This document shows positions 31,828 through 38,662 of a stretch of DNA of 42,173 nt, piece after piece. Both the position numbers and the translations under genes were made by a program. A model generated the notes under the pieces. It searched no databases and was not told where the DNA came from. It was given only the letters and a program-made list of their open reading frames with translations. Numbering within the stretch: the stretch's first letter is position 1; every line of letters starts with the position of its first letter. Source of the DNA: a virus; IMG/VR virus record IMGVR_UViG_3300029927_000113; one strand, given 5' to 3'.

Positions 31828-32886
31828 TCAACCTTCCTTCGCTGCCTTAATGATTGCAGTGATATCTTTAAGGCTTGCACCTTCAATTGTTTCGGTTCTG
31901 ATTTTATCCAGCTCAACCGTGCTTTCACCTTTTTTCAGTACAAAATTTCTCTCTGTATTGGATAGTTTCTCAATCAATTTATTGATAACGGCTTTATTTT
32001 CATGTCGTATAGCAACTGTAAGCGCAAGGAAGGTCATCTCTATATTGGTCATTTCATTCTGAATATATCTGATTTCTTCTAGTCCTGATCTGTAAACACG
32101 CAAGAAGAAATAGGCGAAGGTTTGTATCAGTATACTGACCGATAATTTCGGAAGGAATGCTGCTAAGAAGTTCTCATTATTTATAGGCGTTAGACCAAGG
32201 AAGTTAGGGAACGCCGCAAAACTCAATATAATAACCGCAACGACAGTGAATGAAATACTGGTAATCATGGTTCGCCTGGTTCTTACCTTTAGCAAGGCGA
32301 TATATTCTATTAGTCTGATCTTTGTTTCACTGTATTGGTTTTCCACGTGGGATAGGGTTTCATAATCTCCGATATTTTTTTTATATTTTCTTTCAATATC
32401 ATTAGATATTTTTTGTAGAGCATTTTTATTTATTGATGCTGTAGACACTTTAGCTTTATCGAAATGATTTTCGAAGTTGAAGTCATATGATTTGAACATA
32501 TTACTATTGAGATTTCTCATCCATATTTCGTAATCTGATGGGCTGAAACTGTGCTGCATTTCCCTTGCTACGGCATCGTACTCGCCAAGCCTCCAATGTT
32601 TTGAGAAAAGAGGAAGAAGATAAACTAATGCAGCACTAGCTGTTGCTATTGTCATTGCTTTGAAAGCATTGCTCTTTTCGCCCCCCCAAAACACCTCTGA
32701 AAATCTAGGGCCAAGCTCGTTGAATCCAAAAACATCTAGTATTGCTGTCAAGATTATTAGAGCAATTAAAGTTAACGCCGTAAATCTCCACAAATTCGCT
32801 TTTTTCTTTAATTTCATTTCATTGTCCAAATCTGCCGAACTAGCCGCATCACTTTTGGCAGTATCTTCATTATCCATATCTGACAT
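31828..32886 (-). CDS. Four-TM membrane protein (unknown function), convergent with the previous gene
   Basis: TM pairs at LWRFTALTLIALIILTAILDVF / AMTIATASAALVYLLPLF and MITSISFTVVAVIILSFAAF / LSVSILIQTFAYFFL, followed by RVYRSGLEEIRYIQNEMTNIEMTFLAL. AT-rich. Confidence 0.6.
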   Translation of the reverse strand: MSDMDNEDTAKSDAASSADLDNEMKLKKKANLWRFTALTLIALIILTAILDVFGFNELGPRFSEVFWGGEKSNAFKAMTIATASAALVYLLPLFSKHWRLGEYDAVAREMQHSFSPSDYEIWMRNLNSNMFKSYDFNFENHFDKAKVSTASINKNALQKISNDIERKYKKNIGDYETLSHVENQYSETKIRLIEYIALLKVRTRRTMITSISFTVVAVIILSFAAFPNFLGLTPINNENFLAAFLPKLSVSILIQTFAYFFLRVYRSGLEEIRYIQNEMTNIEMTFLALTVAIRHENKAVINKLIEKLSNTERNFVLKKGESTVELDKIRTETIEGASLKDITAIIKAAKEG

Positions 32887-33034
32887 CCCAAATCCTTTTC
32901 ATTTCAGCCATGCAAGTTATCACAATAAACAACCATAATGATATTGCTTTGTTTGATATTCGAGTAAAAACGCCAGACAATTAAATTTTGATCGAAATTA
33001 ATTTAACGCCTCATCTGTCTGATAAACTTACATT

Positions 33035-33219
33035 TTCAACCTGTTTTAAACAGGGGTTGAAAAAAACATTGTTTTGCACTTCCCACACTTCCCACTTTAG
33101 GCCTATATTTTATCTATGCTGTGGCGTTTTACGTTCGCGGCTTTTTTTATGCCCTGAATACCAACTCGTAAGCCACCCCTGTGGTCTTGCTTGAGTGCCC
33201 AGCCATTGTGTTCAGGGCA
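33035..33219 (+). promoter_or_regulatory. Structured non-coding leader upstream of the late operon
   Basis: Imperfect inverted repeat TTCAACCTGTTT/AAACAGGGGTTGAA at 33035-33061. Tandem CACTTCCCA x2 at 33077-33094. T7 tract at 33142-33148. Perfect 9-bp inverted repeat TGCCCTGAA / TTCAGGGCA at 33150-33158 and 33211-33219. Confidence 0.3.
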
Positions 33220-33246
33220 CCAGATACAAATTTAATAAAGGATTAT

Positions 33247-33576
33247 ATGATGAGCAAGAAAACGGCGAATATGCCGACGGATATACATGATAGGTCTATA
33301 CCTGCGCTATCCCTCACAAAGGCGCATGATATTATTATTCTTGCCGACGGTAAGTCTGCCGCAACTGAATTGAACAAAACATCGCCTGTGGTCAATATCG
33401 AGGTATCAGCAACCGTTCGTTTTGCCTTTGGCGCTGCAGATGTTGATGTGCTTGATACGGACTTCCAGTGGACGACTATGACCAGTCTTGGTGCTATTGC
33501 TGTGCCTACAGACGCAACACATATCCGCTTCCGTGGCGCGGAAAATGACACCATCCACATGATCGAGATGGGTTAA
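33247..33576 (+). CDS. Hypothetical protein, first gene of the late operon
   Basis: Starts at ATG 33247 after AAGGA (MMSKKTANMPTD...). 109 aa. Visibly more GC-rich than the flanks. Confidence 0.55.
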   Translation: MMSKKTANMPTDIHDRSIPALSLTKAHDIIILADGKSAATELNKTSPVVNIEVSATVRFAFGAADVDVLDTDFQWTTMTSLGAIAVPTDATHIRFRGAENDTIHMIEMG

Positions 33577-34257
33577 GTGCAGATTTCAATAAGCAGCAAC
33601 GCACCGCAGGTCGGGCGCTTCCTCGGTCGTGTTGCAACTAAACAATTACCGTTCGCGACCAGCAAGGCTATAAACCTCTCAGCCAGCGCAATTAAGAAGG
33701 CAGAGCAACGCGACATACATAAGCATTTCAACATCCGAACCAAGTGGCTAACCAAGTCCGGTGCCATGCCTTTGAAGGCATCTAGCAAGAGACAGTACCC
33801 CAACATATACGCAACACTGCGTGTAAAGGATGAGGTCGCGGCTCTGGCTGCTACTGGTGGCGATCATTCAGCACGCAATGGATTGATGGCTGTACCGTTC
33901 TCTGATGCAGGGGGGGGGCAATCAACGCGTGAGATATTAAACCCAACGCGGCGCACACTGCCACGCTCTAAATGGCCGAGTAAGATCATCGGTAAGGGCA
34001 ACGGCAAGCGCAGCAAGGGTAACAGGCGCAAGGTTCCCAAGCCCTTCATGTTGAAGAGCAAAGCAACCGGACATCATTACGTTGTGAAGCGTGCCAGTAA
34101 GACTGATAGTTCATTACGTTTCCTGTATGGATTTCGTAAGCGCACCAAGATTGAAAAGCAATGGCCACTGGTTGAAAACGCTAGAGCTAGACACGAACGC
34201 AACTTCCCCCGTCACTTTCGGGTTGAGTTCCGTAAGGCTATACGCTCCGCTAAATAG
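33577..34257 (+). CDS. Basic hypothetical protein (possible virion-morphogenesis type)
   Basis: 226 aa, GTG start abutting the upstream TAA. Very R/K-rich (GKGNGKRSKGNRRKVPKPF). The layout recalls gp10/morphogenesis-type proteins, but this is weak. Confidence 0.5.
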   Translation: MQISISSNAPQVGRFLGRVATKQLPFATSKAINLSASAIKKAEQRDIHKHFNIRTKWLTKSGAMPLKASSKRQYPNIYATLRVKDEVAALAATGGDHSARNGLMAVPFSDAGGGQSTREILNPTRRTLPRSKWPSKIIGKGNGKRSKGNRRKVPKPFMLKSKATGHHYVVKRASKTDSSLRFLYGFRKRTKIEKQWPLVENARARHERNFPRHFRVEFRKAIRSAK

Positions 34258-34313
34258 TGGGGTTGAAAACAAGTTGAATAATATATCTATATAAAACAAA
34301 CACTTAGGTTCTT

Positions 34314-34354
34314 TGGGGGGGCACCCCCTCGAGGGTGCCGCGCGAGGGCGGGTG
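34314..34354. other. GC-rich dyad-containing block: candidate cos (cosN) region
   Basis: GGGGGGGCACCCCCTCGAGGGTGCCGCGCGAGGGCGGGTG lies in an otherwise AT-rich intergenic region, ~215-250 bp upstream of the Nu1-like gene. GGCACCC / GGGTGCC form a 7-bp dyad. Confidence 0.35.
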
Positions 34355-34499
34355 TTGATTATAACCAGAAATTTTTAAGGGTTGAATTTTTTCGACCATC
34401 TACAGGGGAGCCTTTCAAACCGCGCGTTACAGCGCGATTATATGGCTTAGAATTTAGGAAGCGTGGCGCTTCATTTTATAAGAATAAACTTAGAGAGAA

Positions 34500-34528
34500 G
34501 GGGATGACGAAATATACACGTCATCCCC
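34500..34528. repeat. Perfect 10-bp inverted repeat GGGGATGACG-N9-CGTCATCCCC
   Basis: Read directly from the sequence. Lies 38 nt upstream of the terS GTG. Confidence 0.8.
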
Positions 34529-34565
34529 GCATTTATAAATTGACGTGCCGCTGTAAGGATTTAGC

Positions 34566-35102
34566 GTGCAGGGAGCATTGTTCAACAAGGATGATAGTCA
34601 AAGCTGGGTTTCTCAGTCGGCTTTTGCCAAAAATATTGGTGTATCTGCGCAGGCAGTACGCAAGGCAATTGATAGTAATAGGTTTGATCAAGACGCTTTA
34701 CGCTCTGAAAAAGCAAAGTCTGGAAAAACCAAATATAGAATAAATATAATTGAAGGTGCGAAGCAGTGGGAAGAAAACCGCGGTGGATCCGTTAGCACAC
34801 CCCTTGCTGACAAAACACACAATGATGCCAAAAAGCGAGAGCAGACAGCAAACGCAAATATTGCAGAGTTAAAATTTCAGGAGCTGGACGGACAGTTGAT
34901 CCGAGCGGCTGATGTTAAGGAACATTTTTCAAGAATAGCAGCAACAATACGTGATGCGTTTTTGAATGAACCAGTGAAGTTGGCTCCTGTAATTTCGAAT
35001 GTTGACGATGTAAATGAAATTGAACAAATACTAAAAGAAAAGTTCACTGAAATATTGAAGGAATTATCTGATGCCGGTCTTGGCGGAACGCTTTTTAGAT
35101 GA
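34566..35102 (+). CDS. terS: Terminase small subunit (Nu1-like, N-terminal HTH)
   Basis: GTG start 7 nt after TAAGGA. The HTH is SQSAFAKNIGVSAQAVRKAIDSNRF. Immediately upstream of and overlapping the GpA-type terminase gene. Confidence 0.7.
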   Translation: MQGALFNKDDSQSWVSQSAFAKNIGVSAQAVRKAIDSNRFDQDALRSEKAKSGKTKYRINIIEGAKQWEENRGGSVSTPLADKTHNDAKKREQTANANIAELKFQELDGQLIRAADVKEHFSRIAATIRDAFLNEPVKLAPVISNVDDVNEIEQILKEKFTEILKELSDAGLGGTLFR

Positions 35103-36966
35103 GTGTTTCTTTTCTGCATTAGAACCACCCAAACACGATTTAACAATAAATCAGTGGGCGGATGAAAATAGAATATTATCGAGTAAATCTTCTGCAGAGC
35201 CGGGTAAATTTAAAACCTCGCGCACTCCGTATGCAAAAGAGCCGATGGAGTTTTTATCGACAAGCTCCAGTGTAAGAAAAGTTGTTCTTATGTGGGGGTC
35301 GCAACTCGGTAAAACCGAGATTGGGAATAATTTTATTGGGTATGTGATTGATTATGCCCCTGCATCTATGTTGGTTGTTCAACCAAATGTAGGTCTAGCC
35401 AGACGGCAATCGAAGATGAGAATAGCGCCAATGATTGAGGCATGTCCTTCGTTATTGGAAAAAATTCCACCAGCGCGTAGACGTGATTCTGATAACACCG
35501 CCCTTGAAAAGGGGTTTCCGGGTGGGATATTACTTTTCGCTGGTGCGGAGGCTGCTTCTGGTTTGGCATCCATGCCGATTAAGAATCTGTTTTTAGATGA
35601 AATTGACAGGTTTCCGCATGACGTTGAAAAAGAAGGCGATCCTGTTGATTTGGCAGAAGCGCGAACAAAGACATATGGCCGTAACAAAAAGATATTAATA
35701 ACGTCAACGCCGACGCTTAAAGGTGAATCTCGTATTGAAAATGAATACGAATTATCTGATCAAAGATCGTTCGAGGTTCCATGTCCGCACTGTGATGGAT
35801 TTCAAGTATTGAAATTTGGACATGAGGGAGCAAAATTTGGATTAACGTGGGAGAACAATGATCCTAAAACTGCAACGTATATGTGCGAACACTGCGGTGT
35901 ATATATTAAAGAGGAATACAAAACACAGATGCTTGAAAATGGTGTTTGGGTACCAAAATATCCAGAACGTGAAGTTAAGGGGTATCATCTAAATTCTCTA
36001 TATTGTCCTGTTGGGTTTTATAGCTGGGCGGATATGGTTACAAAGTTTCTAAACTGCAAAGGAAAACCAGCAAAACTTAAAACTTTTGTAAATACTGATC
36101 TAGCGGAAACATGGGAAGAAAAGGGCGATAGCCCAGACCATGAAAAGATATATCGCCGCCGTGAGACATATAAAACTGGCGTGGTGCCAAAAGACGCATT
36201 TTTGTTAACTGCTGGTGTTGATATTCAAAAAGACCGCATCGAGATTATGGTGCAGGGGTGGGGGAAGAACCTTCATCGTTACGCTGTTGATTATATTGTT
36301 TTGCAGGGCGATACAACAGATCAAGATGTGTGGAACCAATTGGAACGCGCGTTGTATAAGGATTATGAACACGCCCTTGGCGGCACTATAAACATATCAA
36401 AAATGGCAGTGGATACAGGATATAACACGCAGATTTGTTATAACTGGGTACGACAACAAAATCTTAATCTGGTCATGGGTATTAAAGGTGGTCCAGACAG
36501 TATGCCTCAAATGCTTGGCAGACCAACTAAGGTTGATGTGACCATTGAAGGCGACACGGTATATTACGGCCTACAAATATGGGTGTGTGGAGTAGGTCAT
36601 GCAAAATTGGATTTGTTCGGATATTTGAATAAGGACGCACCTCTTGAGAAAGATGACCCTTTCCCATTCGGGTGGTGTCATTACCCAGAGTGGGATTTGA
36701 ATTTTTTCCAAGGGCTCTGCTCTGAAAAAAGAGTTTATTCAAATGGCAAATATAAATGGATCGTTACCTACGAGCGCAATGAGCCATTGGATACAAGCGT
36801 CTACGCGCGCTTAGCCTCCGCAGCAATAGGGATTGATAGCTGGGGGGATGCTGATTGGGACGTTTTAAGAGAACAAATTATTATGAATGCAAAAGATATC
36901 AAACCACGGCCTGCTGAAAATAGTCAGGCATCATGGATAAAAAGAGACAGGGACAGTTATATATGA
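35071..36966 (+). CDS. terL: Terminase large subunit, lambda GpA family
   Basis: 631 aa. WADENRILSSKSSAEPGKFKTSRTPYAKEPM at the N-terminus, the zinc motif CPHCDG...CEHCG, and Walker-type VLMWGSQLGKTE. Confidence 0.9.
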   Translation: MPVLAERFLDECFFSALEPPKHDLTINQWADENRILSSKSSAEPGKFKTSRTPYAKEPMEFLSTSSSVRKVVLMWGSQLGKTEIGNNFIGYVIDYAPASMLVVQPNVGLARRQSKMRIAPMIEACPSLLEKIPPARRRDSDNTALEKGFPGGILLFAGAEAASGLASMPIKNLFLDEIDRFPHDVEKEGDPVDLAEARTKTYGRNKKILITSTPTLKGESRIENEYELSDQRSFEVPCPHCDGFQVLKFGHEGAKFGLTWENNDPKTATYMCEHCGVYIKEEYKTQMLENGVWVPKYPEREVKGYHLNSLYCPVGFYSWADMVTKFLNCKGKPAKLKTFVNTDLAETWEEKGDSPDHEKIYRRRETYKTGVVPKDAFLLTAGVDIQKDRIEIMVQGWGKNLHRYAVDYIVLQGDTTDQDVWNQLERALYKDYEHALGGTINISKMAVDTGYNTQICYNWVRQQNLNLVMGIKGGPDSMPQMLGRPTKVDVTIEGDTVYYGLQIWVCGVGHAKLDLFGYLNKDAPLEKDDPFPFGWCHYPEWDLNFFQGLCSEKRVYSNGKYKWIVTYERNEPLDTSVYARLASAAIGIDSWGDADWDVLREQIIMNAKDIKPRPAENSQASWIKRDRDSYI

Positions 36967-37166
36967 GTAATTATACGGATGCAGACTTAGCGGCCATGGA
37001 TAAGGCCATAGGAAGTGGAGCGCTAGAAGTTGAACATGGCGGCTCACGCGTTAAATACCGCTCATTGATTGAAATGATGCAGGCACGTGATTTTATTGCA
37101 AAATCTATGCAAAGCACACCAAATACACCAAACCACACAGTTTATTCAGGTTCTAAAGGCTTATAA
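36963..37166 (+). CDS. Head-tail joining protein gpW-like
   Basis: MSNYTDADLAAMDKAIGSGALEVEHGGSRVKYRSLIEMMQARDFI matches the gpW pattern. Lies between the terminase and portal genes as in lambda. The ATG overlaps the terL stop. Confidence 0.7.
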   Translation: MSNYTDADLAAMDKAIGSGALEVEHGGSRVKYRSLIEMMQARDFIAKSMQSTPNTPNHTVYSGSKGL

Positions 37167-37168
37167 TT

Positions 37169-38662
37169 TTGTCAAACAATGCTGTAATACAATTAAACGC
37201 CATGGAGCGTGCGATTAAGTTCGTCAGTCCCTCATGGGCGTGCAAGCGCGAATCCGCGCGTGTTGGGTTTGAATCGTTGCGTCGTTTTGATGGGGCAAGT
37301 AAGTCAAAGAGGTTAGAGCCTTGGATGACGCCAGCGACAAGCCCCCAAGGTGTCACTCGGACATCCGGTAATATTTTACGCGCAAGAATGCGTGACCTTG
37401 AACGCAATAACTCATGGTATCGTCGCGCTGTTGATTTGTTGGTCAATAATGTAGTGGGCAGCGGTATTCGACCACAAATAACAACGACGGATAAAGACAA
37501 TACGCGTCGTGATGTCCTTCAAAAAGAATTTTTAAAATGGTTTGAATCACGCGATTGTGATTATGACGGATTAAGCAATGGCTTTGGTTTACAACGTTTA
37601 ACAAAACGTACGCGTGTGACATCCGGTGAAGTCCTTATACGAAAGAGATATTCAAAAGAATATGGACTTCAAATTCAAATTTTGGAGCCAGATTTTATTG
37701 ATGACACAAAGGACGGTATTGTGCTTGATGATGGTGGATATATTATCCAAGGCATAGAATACAATAATAAGGGAAAACGTATCGCTTATTGGCTTTACGA
37801 AAACCACCCGAGTGATTACATGCCCGGCAAAAAATACGCCAGCAACCGTGTCGATGCTAAACACGTAATACATTTTTTCCGTGCGGAACGTCCGGGTCAG
37901 GTGCGGGGAATTCCACAAGGTTCACAAGTTGTAGTTCGTTTGCATGATTTGGATGAATTCCAAGATGCGGAACTGATGAAGCAGAAAATTGCGTCTCTTC
38001 TTGTCGGCTTTAGACAAAAAGCTGCAACACAAACAAAACCGACCAATCAAGGCGCAAACGAAAATATCAATCTTTTCCCGGGAACAATAGAAGATTTAGG
38101 ACCAGGCGAAACAATGTCGTGGTCAACACCACCACAGCATCAGATGTATCCTGAATATGTCCGCAGCATACTTCTGGAAATAGCAGTGGTATTCGGATTA
38201 ACCTATGAAATGCTGTCTGGGGATTTGAAAAAAACAAGTTTTAGTTCCGGCAGGATGGGTTGGATAGAAAGTTCGCGATATTTCAAAAGCGACCAAGATG
38301 ATTTGAATAACGGGGTTTTAAACCCCGTTTTTTATTGGTGGTTAGAATTTCACGGTTTGCAGACACGGACTAAAACAGACGGAGTGTCCTGTAAATGGGT
38401 GCCACCACATAGGGAATTGATAGACCCAGCAAAAGAAATAAAGGCATGGGCTGAGGCCAAAAACGAAAACTTAATTCCTATTAAGCGCATCTGGACAATG
38501 ATGGGCTGGAATCCTGATGAAGTAATTGCCGATATAGCTGAAATGCAAGAAAAAATGGACGAGGCAGGCATTAGAACTGGCGATGAAAAAGAAAAATCCG
38601 AGGAAACTGAAAACGAGGAAGATGACGATGAGCAAGAAGACGAAGAAAAACCAAAAAAATAG
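37169..38662 (+). CDS. Portal protein, lambda (gpB) family
   Basis: 497 aa, TTG start. Position after gpW. Acidic C-terminus (ENEEDDDEQEDEE). Confidence 0.85.
   Translation: MSNNAVIQLNAMERAIKFVSPSWACKRESARVGFESLRRFDGASKSKRLEPWMTPATSPQGVTRTSGNILRARMRDLERNNSWYRRAVDLLVNNVVGSGIRPQITTTDKDNTRRDVLQKEFLKWFESRDCDYDGLSNGFGLQRLTKRTRVTSGEVLIRKRYSKEYGLQIQILEPDFIDDTKDGIVLDDGGYIIQGIEYNNKGKRIAYWLYENHPSDYMPGKKYASNRVDAKHVIHFFRAERPGQVRGIPQGSQVVVRLHDLDEFQDAELMKQKIASLLVGFRQKAATQTKPTNQGANENINLFPGTIEDLGPGETMSWSTPPQHQMYPEYVRSILLEIAVVFGLTYEMLSGDLKKTSFSSGRMGWIESSRYFKSDQDDLNNGVLNPVFYWWLEFHGLQTRTKTDGVSCKWVPPHRELIDPAKEIKAWAEAKNENLIPIKRIWTMMGWNPDEVIADIAEMQEKMDEAGIRTGDEKEKSEETENEEDDDEQEDEEKPKK

Noticed and set aside
34504-34743. 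79-aa + strand ORF overlapping the start of the small terminase gene
   Set aside because: Its ATG lies inside the perfect 10-bp inverted repeat and it has no RBS. It overlaps the HTH-bearing Nu1-like frame, which has a TAAGGA RBS, and its Cys/Arg-rich translation looks non-genic.
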